A stretch of 49,818 nucleotides of DNA from Lysobacterales bacterium (GTDB taxonomy: Bacteria > Pseudomonadota > Gammaproteobacteria > Xanthomonadales > Ahniellaceae). The stretch spans positions 1 to 49,818 of the forward strand of contig JBBRIE010000001.1 in NCBI GenBank assembly GCA_038221545.1. The letters run 5' to 3'. Shown piece after piece: positions 9,429 through 18,622 of this stretch. The notes under the pieces are model-generated. The model did no database searches. It was given only the letters and a program-made list of their open reading frames with translations, and was not told the origin of the DNA. Position 1 is the stretch's first letter. Each line of letters begins with the position of its first letter. A program made the translations under genes and the position numbers.

Positions 9429-10097
9429 TCATTCCGTGGGTCTCAGGACCTCGACGTGATTGAGGTTCGGCAGCTCAACCGCGATAGGCAAGTCGCCGTT
9501 GGTGAGTTGCCGGGCGAGATCGGGCACCGTACACGCCTTCCGGAGCGCGTCCTCGCCCGACTTGACCGCCTCCGCGGAAAGCGACTTGCGAAACTTCGAA
9601 CCCCAGAGTGGCATCGCAAGACTCGTCATGTAGCGAGCCTCGCGAGGGGTGCCCGGTAGCGGCTTGAACTCGGGGAGCACGTCGAAGAAGCCGGACATCA
9701 GCGCCGACACGATTCGCTGCTGCGAGCTTTTCGGACCGGCTAACCCTTGGGCGAGAAGCCCTCCGGGACCCTCGACTTTGCCGCTGCCACGGACAGTGAA
9801 CACGGCGTTAATGCAGCCGTAGTCCAGTCGGGACCCGGTCGACAGCGTCATGCTGACAGCAACCGGCGTCGCGTCGACGTCGAAGCGCCGGGACAACTGG
9901 TCCCAAGGGAGAATCTGGACCTGGTACTCCTCTGCGGACACTGCTGCGTTTGCGATGCAGAGGCAGGCGGCGAGCGCGTTCGAGCGTCGAAGCAGCGGCG
10001 CAACTCGCCGGCGTGGTGCTCGCATGTGGCGGCTCGTCGAATCAATTGACCGCACGATAGCCGGATGCACGCCGAGTGGCACTCGACGCGAGTCCAT
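9429..10097 (-). CDS. Hypothetical secreted protein (start uncertain: 10097 or 10025)
   Basis: No recognisable family. An internal signal-peptide-like segment, MRAPRRRVAPLLRRSNALAACLCIANAAVSA, begins at the ATG at 10025. The ATG at 10097 overlaps the upstream stop (TAATG). It is visibly less GC-rich than its neighbours. Confidence 0.5.
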   Translation of the reverse strand: MDSRRVPLGVHPAIVRSIDSTSRHMRAPRRRVAPLLRRSNALAACLCIANAAVSAEEYQVQILPWDQLSRRFDVDATPVAVSMTLSTGSRLDYGCINAVFTVRGSGKVEGPGGLLAQGLAGPKSSQQRIVSALMSGFFDVLPEFKPLPGTPREARYMTSLAMPLWGSKFRKSLSAEAVKSGEDALRKACTVPDLARQLTNGDLPIAVELPNLNHVEVLRPTE

Positions 10098-11173
10098 TAG
10101 CCGGCCCGCATGCGCTGCAGGCAGCGTCGTTCGAGGTAGTGCACCAGCAGCCAGAAGTTGCGGAACGCGGGATTGCGCGTCTGTTTGCGGTGGTAGCGGT
10201 AGTAGATCTGCTGCACGATCACCGCCAGCCGGAACAGGCCGTACACCTCGTAAAAGGCCCAGTGCGCGCTGCGGCGTCCACTCGCGCGGGCGTAGTGATC
10301 GATGACTTCCGCGCGCGTGAGCATGCCGGGCAGGTGTGTCGGCTGCCGGCGCATCGAGCGGATGAAGCGGTCGTCGTCGGCCTGCACCCAGTACGCGAGC
10401 GAGTTGCCCAGGTCCATGAGCGGGTCGCCGAGTGTCGCCATCTCCCAGTCGCGCACGCCGACGATGCGCGTCGGGTCGGCGCGGTCGAGCACGAGGTTGT
10501 CGAATCGGAAGTCGTTGTGGATGACGCAGGTGTCGCTGTCGGCGGGAACTTCGGCGGCGAGCCAGCGCATCACCGCGGTGAAACGCGGCACGTTCCAGGT
10601 GCGCGCCTTGCCGAAACGTTCGCTCCAGCCTGCGATCTGCCGCTCGGCGTAGCCGCTGCCCTTGCCGAACGCGGCGAGCGCCGGCGTGGTCGCATCCACT
10701 GCGTGCAGCGCGACCAGGGCGTCGAGCGCGCCGATACAGAGCCTGCGCGTGCCCACAGCGTCGAGCTGCGCCTCGCGCGGCATTTCCTTGCGCGGGATCG
10801 GGCCGTCGATCCGCTGCATCACGTAGAACGGGCTACCGATCAGCTCGCCGTCGTCGCACATCGCAAGCATGCTCGGGACGAGGTCGTAGGCGGGCTTGAG
10901 CGCCTGCTGGAAACGGAATTCGCGCGCCATGTCGTGCGCCCCCGCGGCCTTGGTGCCGGCGGGCGCGCGGCGCAGCACCACGTCATCGTTGGCGTAGCGC
11001 AGGCGATAGGTCCAGTTCGATGCGCCGCCGGAATACTGCGTGATCGCAGGCGCGCCTTCGAGGTGCGGCAGGCGCTCCTTGAGCCACCCGTCGACCACGG
11101 CCGCATCGAGCGCCTCGCCCTCGCGCACCGAGCCCTCTTCCCGGCGCGCCGACCCGCTCACGGCGAGGCGCAT
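10097..11173 (-). CDS. Phosphotransferase-family kinase (APH fold; like the ACAD10/11 kinase domain and LvaA)
   Basis: 358 aa with catalytic loop VIHNDFRFDNLVLD and the downstream DWEMATLGDP metal-binding motif. It overlaps the upstream ACAD gene by 16 nt. Confidence 0.85.
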   Translation of the reverse strand: MRLAVSGSARREEGSVREGEALDAAVVDGWLKERLPHLEGAPAITQYSGGASNWTYRLRYANDDVVLRRAPAGTKAAGAHDMAREFRFQQALKPAYDLVPSMLAMCDDGELIGSPFYVMQRIDGPIPRKEMPREAQLDAVGTRRLCIGALDALVALHAVDATTPALAAFGKGSGYAERQIAGWSERFGKARTWNVPRFTAVMRWLAAEVPADSDTCVIHNDFRFDNLVLDRADPTRIVGVRDWEMATLGDPLMDLGNSLAYWVQADDDRFIRSMRRQPTHLPGMLTRAEVIDHYARASGRRSAHWAFYEVYGLFRLAVIVQQIYYRYHRKQTRNPAFRNFWLLVHYLERRCLQRMRAG

Positions 11174-12387
11174 GCCTGGTGCCCGGCGATTTCGAGTTTT
11201 GCGAGCGTCTGCCGGTGCACCGCATCCGGGCCGTCGGCAATTCGCAGCGCGCGCGCCTGCACGAAGAAGGCGGCGAGCGGCAGGTCGTGCGCGAGCCCCG
11301 CCGCGCCGAACAGTTGCATGGCCTCGTCGACCACGCGTTGCAACACGCTCGGCACCACCAGCTTGATGGCGGCGATGGCGCGCTGCGCGCCGCGCGCGCC
11401 GACCCGGTCGATCTGCCAGGCCGCGTGCAGCGTCAGCAGCCGCGCCTGGTCTATGGCGACGCGGAGGTCCGCGATGCGCTCGCGGTTACCGCCGAGGTCC
11501 AGCAGCGGTTTGCCAAAGGCATGGCGCGCGAGTCCGCGCTCGAGCATCAACGACAGCGCCCGCTCGGCCGCGCCGATGCAGCGCATGCAATGGTGGATGC
11601 GGCCGGGGCCGAGCCGGCCCTGCGCAATCTCGAAACCGCGACCGCGGCCAAGGATCACGTTCGCAGCCGGCACGCGCACCTCATCGAATACGACTTCGCC
11701 GTGCCCGTACGGGGCATCGACCTCGCCGAACACCGAAAGCATGCGTTCGATGCGGATCCCGGGCGTATCCATCGGTACCAGCACGAGCGAATGCTGCCGA
11801 TGACGTTCCGCCTGCGGGTCCGAGCGGCCGAGGAAGAGTGCGAACGCGCAACGCGGGTGGCCGATTCCGGTGATCCACCACTTGCGCCCGTTGACCAGCA
11901 CCTCGTCGCCCTCGAAGTCGATGTCGCCGGCGATGTTGGTCGCGTCGCTGGACGCGACCGCGGGCTCGGTCATGCAGAACGCCGAACGGATGCGGGCGTC
12001 GAGCAGGGGTTCGAGCCAGCGATGCTGCTGCTCGGGGGATCCGAAATAATGCAGGACTTCCATGTTGCCGGTGTCGGGCGCGTTGCAGTTGAAGAGTTCG
12101 GGCGCGAACGGCACGCGACCCATCGCCTCGGCGACGGGCGCGTAGTCGAGCGTGGTGAGTCCGGCGCCGTGTTCGGTGTCGGGCAGGAACAGGTTCCAGA
12201 GGCCCTGCGCGCGGGCCGCGTCGCGCAGGCGCGCGATCTCATCGCTCTCGCGCCACTGGCGCCAGTCGTTGCCGAGCGCCGCGTATTCGGCCAGCACCGC
12301 GTGCTCGACCGGTAGCACTTCGGTGTCGATGAAGGCGGTGACGCGTGCAAGATATTCGCGCGCCCGCGCGCTCGGTTCGAAGTCCAT
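11158..12387 (-). CDS. Acyl-CoA dehydrogenase family protein (FadE2 / ACAD10-11 C-terminal type)
   Basis: The start is taken at MDFEPSARAREYLARV (ATG at 12387). CMTEPAVASSD, RKWWITG and the C-terminal IADGPDAVHRQ are typical ACAD motifs. Confidence 0.9.
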   Translation of the reverse strand: MDFEPSARAREYLARVTAFIDTEVLPVEHAVLAEYAALGNDWRQWRESDEIARLRDAARAQGLWNLFLPDTEHGAGLTTLDYAPVAEAMGRVPFAPELFNCNAPDTGNMEVLHYFGSPEQQHRWLEPLLDARIRSAFCMTEPAVASSDATNIAGDIDFEGDEVLVNGRKWWITGIGHPRCAFALFLGRSDPQAERHRQHSLVLVPMDTPGIRIERMLSVFGEVDAPYGHGEVVFDEVRVPAANVILGRGRGFEIAQGRLGPGRIHHCMRCIGAAERALSLMLERGLARHAFGKPLLDLGGNRERIADLRVAIDQARLLTLHAAWQIDRVGARGAQRAIAAIKLVVPSVLQRVVDEAMQLFGAAGLAHDLPLAAFFVQARALRIADGPDAVHRQTLAKLEIAGHQACASP

Positions 12388-12454
12388 GCCATCGCCCCTG
12401 CTGCCAGCGCGCATCGTAAGTCAAGCGCGGCGTGAAAACGCAGCTAGACACTAG

Positions 12455-12479
12455 CTCTTGTAGAGCGGAGCTTGCTGCG
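12455..12479. repeat. Degenerate inverted copy of the REP-like element
   Basis: CTCTTGTAGAGCGGAGCTTGCTGCG resembles the reverse complement of the two elements at 12513 and 12593, with several mismatches and indels. Confidence 0.35.
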
Positions 12480-12512
12480 ATGCTTTGCAGGGCCATGAAA
12501 ACTTCAAGCTGT

Positions 12513-12544
12513 GCAGCCGAGCGAGCTCGGCTCTACAGAAGCGG
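12513..12544. repeat. REP-like palindromic element, copy 1
   Basis: GCAGCCGAGCGAGCTCGGCTCTACAGAAGCGG. It contains the hairpin GCCGAGC-GA-GCTCGGC and lies in the spacer downstream of rho. Confidence 0.6.
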
Positions 12545-12592
12545 GAAAGCCGCGTCGTTACTGAGCCGCGGCGAAAAACTTCTTCCAGCGGC

Positions 12593-12622
12593 GCAGCCGA
12601 GCGAGCTCGGCTCTAGAAGCGG
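12593..12622. repeat. REP-like palindromic element, copy 2
   Basis: GCAGCCGAGCGAGCTCGGCTCTAGAAGCGG. It is identical to copy 1 except for a 2-nt deletion and lies 80 nt downstream in the same orientation. Confidence 0.6.
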
Positions 12623-12661
12623 CACGGCAATAGCTCGCGCAGCGAGCGAAACGCTGTTGAA

Positions 12662-14311
12662 TCAGCGCTTCATCGCGGCGAAGAACTCGTCGTTCGACTT
12701 GGTGGTCTTCATCTTGTCGAGCATGAATTCCATTGCGGACAGTTCATCCATCGGATGCAGGAGCTTTCGGAGGATCCAGATGCGCTGCAGCCGCTCGGCA
12801 TCGATCAGCAATTCTTCGCGCCGGGTGCCGGAGCGATTGATGTTGATGGCCGGGTACACGCGCTTCTCGGCGATGCGGCGGTCCATGTGCACTTCCATGT
12901 TGCCGGTGCCCTTGAACTCCTCGTAGATCACCTCGTCCATCTTCGAGCCGGTCTCGACCAGCGCCGTCGCGATGATGGTGAGCGAGCCGCCTTCCTCGGC
13001 CTTGCGCGCCGCGCCAAAGAACCGCTTCGGACGCTGCAGCGCGTTGGCATCGACGCCGCCGGTCAACACCTTGCCGGAGGACGGCACCACGGTGTTGTAG
13101 GCACGCGCGAGACGCGTGATCGAGTCGAGCAGGATGATGACGTCGCGCTTGTGCTCGACCAGTCGCTTGGCGCGCTCGATCACCATTTCGGCGACCTGCA
13201 CGTGGCGCACTGCCGGTTCGTCGAAGGTCGAGGAGATGACTTCGCCACGCACGCTGCGCTGCATCTCGGTGACTTCTTCTGGGCGCTCGTCGATCAGCAG
13301 GATGATGAGGTGCGCATCCGGATGGTTGTGCATGATCGCCTGCGCGATGTTCTGCAGCATCATGGTCTTGCCGGCTTTCGGCGGCGACACGATCAGGCCG
13401 CGCTGGCCCTTGCCGATCGGCGAGACCAGGTCGAGGATGCGGCCGGTGATGTCTTCGCTCGAGCCGTTGCCGCGTTCGAGGTGGAACACCTCGCGCGGGA
13501 ACAACGCCGTCAGGTTCTCGAACAACACCTTGTTCTTGGACGCTTCCGGCGGCTCGCCGTTGATCTCGTCGACCTTGAGCAGCGCGAAGTAACGTTCGCC
13601 GTCCTTCGGCTGGCGGATCTTGCCGGTGATGTAGTCGCCGGTGCGCAGGTTGAAGCGGCGGATCTGCGAGGGCGACACGTAGATGTCGTCCGGGCCGGCG
13701 AGATAGCTCTCCTCGGCGGCGCGCAGGAAGCCGAAGCCGTCCTGCAGGATCTCGAGCACGCCTTCGCCGTCGATGCCTTCCTGGGTGCGGCACAGCACTT
13801 TCAGCAGGTTGAAGATGACGTCCTGCTTGCGTGCGCGGGCCACCACTTCGCCCATGCCGATCTCATCGGCCAGCGCGACGAGTTGCGTCGCGCTCATGCG
13901 CTTGAGCGCCGTCAGGGAAGTCGGTGCGTTGGGCGGCAGCGGCGGCAGTTCGCGACGCGGTTCGTTGCGCGCGGGACCATCCGGATCGTCGTGATCTTCC
14001 TCGGCGCGGTTGCCGCGCTCGGGACGCTCGACGCGTTCGCCGCCGCCCGCACTACCACCACCGCCACCACGCTTGCGGTCACGGAACCGGCTGCGCCGGT
14101 CGCGTCGGCCGCGGCCATCGGCACCGGCGTCGCCGCCCTCGGCGTTGTCGCCGCCGCCGCTGTCGCCGCTGTCGCCGGAGGGCTGGCCGCCGGACGCGTT
14201 GCCGCCTTCGTCGGGCTGGGAATTGTCGCCGCGGGCGCGCCGCGGGTTCGGAGCATCGCCGGCATCGGAGCCGGACGGATCGGGGTTTTCGAGCACGTAT
14301 GCCTCGCGCAT
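12662..14311 (-). CDS. rho: Transcription termination factor Rho with a ~130-aa low-complexity N-terminal extension
   Basis: The C-terminal ~415 aa are canonical Rho: [13 protein letters not shown], Walker [37 protein letters not shown] and so on. [13 protein letters not shown] aligns with E. coli NLTELKNTPVSEL. The 130 residues before it are G/D/R/S/E-rich and contain no internal Met. Confidence 0.9.
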   Translation of the reverse strand: MREAYVLENPDPSGSDAGDAPNPRRARGDNSQPDEGGNASGGQPSGDSGDSGGGDNAEGGDAGADGRGRRDRRSRFRDRKRGGGGGSAGGGERVERPERGNRAEEDHDDPDGPARNEPRRELPPLPPNAPTSLTALKRMSATQLVALADEIGMGEVVARARKQDVIFNLLKVLCRTQEGIDGEGVLEILQDGFGFLRAAEESYLAGPDDIYVSPSQIRRFNLRTGDYITGKIRQPKDGERYFALLKVDEINGEPPEASKNKVLFENLTALFPREVFHLERGNGSSEDITGRILDLVSPIGKGQRGLIVSPPKAGKTMMLQNIAQAIMHNHPDAHLIILLIDERPEEVTEMQRSVRGEVISSTFDEPAVRHVQVAEMVIERAKRLVEHKRDVIILLDSITRLARAYNTVVPSSGKVLTGGVDANALQRPKRFFGAARKAEEGGSLTIIATALVETGSKMDEVIYEEFKGTGNMEVHMDRRIAEKRVYPAININRSGTRREELLIDAERLQRIWILRKLLHPMDELSAMEFMLDKMKTTKSNDEFFAAMKR

Positions 14312-14582
14312 CTAGCGCATGGAAGATCTGGGAAGATCGGGGGGATTTTGCTTTCGCAGGTCCGCGAGCGGGCGCGTTTCGCGCTCCGGGGGACGGGGAA
14401 ACCTTACACTGCCAGCGCACGCTCAGCAACCATGCGCCTCGCGAACCCGGCGCCTGTAGAGCCTTCGCGCAGTCTTCGCCGGCGCGCTGTCGCGCAAGAA
14501 TCTCGAGGATCGCCGGCTTTTCCGGCGGGTTGGTGTTTGATGAGAGCAGCGCCCTGTGCCGCTGTTCTTTCCGGCGCGGCCG

Positions 14583-14612
14583 TAGAAACAGCAGCCGGAC
14601 GCAAGTCCGGCT
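14583..14612 (-). terminator. Possible trxA terminator / rho-leader attenuator hairpin
   Basis: On the minus strand the hairpin AGCCGGAC-TTGC-GTCCGGCT is followed by GCTGTTTCT, about 45 nt after the trxA stop. The T-tract is short. Confidence 0.4.
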
Positions 14613-14654
14613 CTGCGGCTGGAGCCGCCGGCTCTGCGGCGGCAGATGCGTCGC

Positions 14655-14981
14655 TTAGATCGTGCGGTCGATCAGCTGGGTCAGCTGCGTGCGGTTCACG
14701 GCGCCGATCTGCGTCGCCTCGACCTTGCCGTTCTTGAAGATCATGAGCGTAGGAATGCCGCGGACGTTGTAGTTGCGCGGGGTCTTCTGGTGCTGGTCGA
14801 TGTTGACCTTGGCGACCTTGAGCCTGCCTTCGTAGGCCTTCGCCACCTCGTCCAGCATCGGCGCGATCATTTTGCACGGCCCACACCACTCGGCCCAGAA
14901 ATCCACCAGCACAGGCTCGGCCGAATTGAGGACCTCGGCATCGAAATCATTGTCGCCGACGTGGGTGATGAGGTCGCTCAT
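14655..14981 (-). CDS. trxA: Thioredoxin 1
   Basis: 108 aa beginning [18 protein letters not shown], with the WCGPC active site. The track ORF is over-extended to 15578. Confidence 0.95.
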   Translation of the reverse strand: MSDLITHVGDNDFDAEVLNSAEPVLVDFWAEWCGPCKMIAPMLDEVAKAYEGRLKVAKVNIDQHQKTPRNYNVRGIPTLMIFKNGKVEATQIGAVNRTQLTQLIDRTI

Positions 14982-15210
14982 GGAGTGCTCCTGGGTTGGG
15001 GGTGGGCGGGCTGCGCTACAATCGCACGCTCGGGCCTGGGGCCAGCGCGCCTGTTCGCGAACGTCGACCGCAGTTTCAGCACGAGGCTCGGACGATCCCT
15101 CGATTGTGGTGACCCCCCCGAGACGATTCAAGCCGCGCGTTGACGCGCGTTCACTCCAAGGCCATCGCCGCGCCCAAAGCGCCGGCGCCGCCCCGCCCAT
15201 CCGGATCCGC

Positions 15211-17100
15211 ATGACTCTCGCCGCAATTCCTGTCGCACCCACCGATTCCAAACCCCTCACCGAGCTCAGGTTCGACACGCTCGACCTGCATCCGCTGCTG
15301 TCGGAGGGCCTGCGCGAAGCAGGCTTCGAGTTCGCGACGCCGATCCAGGAGCTGACGCTGCCGCTGGCGCTGGCCGGCCGCGACGTAGCGGGGCAAGCGC
15401 AGACCGGCACCGGCAAGACGCTCGCGTTCCTGGTCGCGCTGATGAACCGCCTGCTGACGAAGCCGGCGCTGGCCGAGCGCAAGCCCGAGGATCCGCGCGC
15501 GCTGATCCTCGCACCGACACGCGAACTCGCGATCCAGATCCACAAGGACGCGCTCAAGTTCGGCTCCAGCACGGGCATCAGGTTCGCCCTGGTGTACGGC
15601 GGCGTCGACTACGACAAGCAGCGCGAGCTGCTGCAGAAGGGCGTCGACGTCATCATCGCGACCCCGGGGCGCCTCATCGACTACGTCAAGCAGCACAAGG
15701 TCGTGTCCCTGCATGCCTGCGAGGTCTGCGTGCTCGACGAGGCCGACCGCATGTTCGACCTCGGTTTCATCAAGGACATCCGCTTCCTGCTGCGGCGCAT
15801 GCCGATCCGCACCGAACGGCAAACGCTGCTGTTCTCGGCGACGCTCTCGCACCGCGTACTCGAGCTCGCCTACGAGCACATGAACGAGCCCGAGAAGATC
15901 ACGGTCGAGACCGAGTTCGTGACCGCCGATCGGGTGCGCCAGATGGTGTACTTCCCGGCCAACGACGAAAAGATCTCGCTGCTGATCGGCCTGCTCAACC
16001 ACATGGACGCGAGCCGCACGATGGTGTTCGTCAACACCAAGATCTGGGCGGAGAAGATCGCGTACGCACTCGAGCGCCGGCACTTCCGCGTTGCGCTCCT
16101 GTCGGGGGACGTGCCGCAGAAAAAGCGCGAGCGGCTGCTCGCGAAGTTCCAGATGGGCGACGTGCAGGTGCTGGTGGCGACCGACGTCGCCGCGCGCGGC
16201 CTGCACATCGACGAGGTTTCGCACGTCTTCAATTTCGACCTGCCGCAGGACGCCGAGGACTACGTGCACCGCATCGGCCGCACCGCGCGGCTCGGCGCGG
16301 AGGGCGACGCCATCAGCTTCGCCTGCGAGCGCTACGCGTTCTCGCTGCCCGCGATCGAGGAGTTCATCGGCCAGAAACTGCCGGTCGGCACCGTCGATCC
16401 CGCGATGCTGGCGCCGGTCGAGCGCGCGCCGCTCGATCCGTCGCAGAAGATGTCGGCCTCGGACGATCCGGACGACGTGTTGCCGCGCCACATCCGCGAG
16501 AAGCAGGCGTTGCGCGCCGGCGCGGGCGGCTCCGGCAGCAGTTCACGTTCGCGCTCGGGTCCCCCGTCGCGCACGCGCAGCGGCTCCGGGTCCGCCGGTG
16601 CGCGCACGCATACTCGCAGCGAGCACGCCGAGCCGGACGCCGCCAGTGCAACGGCAGCAGCAGGTGAGCCAGCAGCCGTCGTCCCGCGCCCGCGCGCTCC
16701 GCGCCGTGCCCCGGATGCCGCGAAGATCCAGGCGGACGCCCAACCCTTGGTCACAGACCCGGTCGCCGCGGCCGCGGCTTCGCCCTCCGGCGAAGCCGCC
16801 GACGGCGCGAAGAAGCGTCGCCGGCGCGGTGGCCGTGGCCGCAATCGCGCGCGTGACGGCGCCTCGCCGGTCGAGGCGGCGGTCGGCGCGAGCAATGCCC
16901 GCGCGTCGACCGCGGTCCGCGCCCATAAAGACAAGCGGGTCGGCAACGAGACGGGTGCGGCGCGCGCGCCTTCCTCCCGAACCGGCTCCAGTCGCGGCAA
17001 GCCTGCGCGTCCGCCAGAGTCCAGTCCCGGCATCCTCGGCACGCTCAAGCGCGGTTTCGGACTCCTCGCCCGCGGCCTCGGGCTCGGCAAGAAGCCCTGA
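15211..17100 (+). CDS. rhlB: ATP-dependent DEAD-box RNA helicase RhlB with a ~200-aa disordered C-terminal tail
   Basis: The start is taken at ATG 15211 (MTLAAIP). It is co-linear with E. coli RhlB ([46 protein letters not shown]). It is divergent from trxA-rho as in enterobacteria. Confidence 0.9.
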   Translation: MTLAAIPVAPTDSKPLTELRFDTLDLHPLLSEGLREAGFEFATPIQELTLPLALAGRDVAGQAQTGTGKTLAFLVALMNRLLTKPALAERKPEDPRALILAPTRELAIQIHKDALKFGSSTGIRFALVYGGVDYDKQRELLQKGVDVIIATPGRLIDYVKQHKVVSLHACEVCVLDEADRMFDLGFIKDIRFLLRRMPIRTERQTLLFSATLSHRVLELAYEHMNEPEKITVETEFVTADRVRQMVYFPANDEKISLLIGLLNHMDASRTMVFVNTKIWAEKIAYALERRHFRVALLSGDVPQKKRERLLAKFQMGDVQVLVATDVAARGLHIDEVSHVFNFDLPQDAEDYVHRIGRTARLGAEGDAISFACERYAFSLPAIEEFIGQKLPVGTVDPAMLAPVERAPLDPSQKMSASDDPDDVLPRHIREKQALRAGAGGSGSSSRSRSGPPSRTRSGSGSAGARTHTRSEHAEPDAASATAAAGEPAAVVPRPRAPRRAPDAAKIQADAQPLVTDPVAAAAASPSGEAADGAKKRRRRGGRGRNRARDGASPVEAAVGASNARASTAVRAHKDKRVGNETGAARAPSSRTGSSRGKPARPPESSPGILGTLKRGFGLLARGLGLGKKP

Positions 17101-17131
17101 CGCAGCGACCCCGTTCGCGGCCAGTCGCAGA

Positions 17132-17154
17132 CCCCGCGCGCCGATCCCGCGGGG
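17132..17154 (+). terminator. Weak hairpin after rhlB
   Basis: CCCCGCG-N9-CGCGGGG followed by CTTGGTAGTCTTG, which is a poor U-tract. Confidence 0.25.
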
Positions 17155-17194
17155 CTTGGTAGTCTTGCGGCTTGAGCGCTGAAGCAATCTCCGC

Positions 17195-18136
17195 ATGAAC
17201 CTCGATCTTCGCGACTGGCTGCTGCACGACGCGCGCGCGCGTCCGCTGGCGCTGGCCATCATGGCGCTGGCCGGCGCGGCGTGCCTCTACCTGCTGGTGC
17301 AGTGGTTGTGGCTGGTGCTGCGCTGGACCGACGACGACGTCCTCCCCGCTGCGCCCGCGCTGGCGTCGCCGCTGGTGGCCGCGCCCACCGACCGGCTTTC
17401 CCGCCTGCACGTATTCGGTACTTCCGCACCGCTGGTCGATTCCCGCTCGGTGGTGGAAAACGCGCCCGATTCCTCGACGCAACTGGTGCTGCGCGGCGTG
17501 TTCGCCACCAGCGATCCACGCGGCGGCCGCGCGATCATCGCCGGCGCCGACCAGAAGGAAGGCCACTACGCGGTCGGTGCGATGTTGCCGGGCAACGTGG
17601 AGCTGGCGGGCGTGTACGCCGATCGCGTCGTGATTTCGAACAGCGGCGTGATGGAGGTTCTGCGTTTGCCAGGATACGGCGCGAGCGGCACCGCGCGGGG
17701 CGTCGCCGACCCCGCCCGCGGCACCTCGCCTTCGACGCTGCCGAGTGCGGGTCCTGCCGCGACGACTTCTCCCTACAACCTGCTGGCGGGCGCGGGCAGC
17801 GCCGCGCCGGTGATGGCACCGATGCCGGCCAACGCCTTCGGCGCGGCGGCCACGGGACTCGGCATCGACCCCTCCGCGCTCGCTCGCGACGTGCGCCTCG
17901 AGCCGGTCGTCGCCGATGGTCGGCAGACCGGCGTGCGCGTGGTCAGCAACAATGCCGAATTGCTCGGCAAGCTCGGCCTCCAGGCCGGCGACGAGGTGAC
18001 GTCGGTCAATGGCATCGCGCTCGACAATCCGCTGCGCGGGGTCGAGGTGATGCAGGCGCTCGGCACGGCGCAAAGCGCCAACATCACGGTCAGGCGCGGC
18101 GGCCAGGAGCAGACCCTGTCGGTGGTGCTGCGCTGA
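17195..18136 (+). CDS. gspC: Type II secretion system protein C (TM anchor + HR region + PDZ)
   Basis: N-terminal TM segment LALAIMALAGAACLYLLVQWLWLVL. The central LVLRGVFATSDP...AIIAG...YAVGAMLPG is HR-like. The C-terminal GKLGLQAGDEVTSVNGIALDNP is PDZ-like. It sits directly upstream of gspD. Confidence 0.8.
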   Translation: MNLDLRDWLLHDARARPLALAIMALAGAACLYLLVQWLWLVLRWTDDDVLPAAPALASPLVAAPTDRLSRLHVFGTSAPLVDSRSVVENAPDSSTQLVLRGVFATSDPRGGRAIIAGADQKEGHYAVGAMLPGNVELAGVYADRVVISNSGVMEVLRLPGYGASGTARGVADPARGTSPSTLPSAGPAATTSPYNLLAGAGSAAPVMAPMPANAFGAAATGLGIDPSALARDVRLEPVVADGRQTGVRVVSNNAELLGKLGLQAGDEVTSVNGIALDNPLRGVEVMQALGTAQSANITVRRGGQEQTLSVVLR

Positions 18137-18170
18137 TCCTCCCGCAGCGCGTGGACGCTGGAGCGCGTGC

Positions 18171-18517
18171 ATGAGCCATCGCGGCAGTTGCCATTGCGGC
18201 AGGGTCGCCTTCGAAGTGAAAGGCGAGGTCGACGGGCGCTGGGCTGCAACTGCTCGATCTGTTCGCGCAGGGGGTCGCTGCTCCGGTTCGTGCCGCGCGA
18301 CCGGCTGCGATTGACGACCGGGGAAGCGGACCTCGCCACGTACACCTTCAACAGGCACGTCATCCGGCATCGTTCCTGCCCGACCTGCGGCCTCCACCTG
18401 TTCGGGGAAGGCGTCGACCCCAGGGGCAAGCTCATTGCCGCGTTGATCCTGCGCTGCCTCGAGGATTTCAACCTTGCGTCGGTGACCGTGACCGAGTTCG
18501 ACGGCCGCGCGCTGTAA
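18171..18517 (+). pseudogene. GFA/CENP-V-family (glutathione-dependent formaldehyde-activating-like) gene with a 1-nt frameshift
   Basis: ATG at 18171 reads MSHRGSCHCGRVAFEVKGEVDG and then goes out of frame. The rest of the family sequence (ALGCNCSICSRRGSLLRFVPRD...CPTCGLHLFGEGVDPRG...FDGRAL) is in the -1 shifted frame, which is the track ORF 18167..18517. One G appears to be missing in the run at 18234..18236. Confidence 0.7.
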
Positions 18518-18622
18518 CGGCATCGCCCGGGCCCGGTTTTGCGGCCCGCGGGTGAACGTGCGGTAATCTCGGTGGTCAAGGCCCAGCGCCACCACCACCA
18601 CCAGCTTCGGGGTTTCCAGATC

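Noticed and set aside
12513-12622. CRISPR array.
   Set aside because: There are only two full copies, separated by 80 nt. They are internally palindromic like REP elements, and no cas genes are present in the window.
13897-13899. Internal ATG as the true rho start, which would give a canonical 411-aa Rho.
   Set aside because: Residues conserved with E. coli Rho (SLTALKR versus NLTELKN) lie upstream of this Met, so translation probably begins earlier. It remains a caveat, and experimental start mapping is needed.
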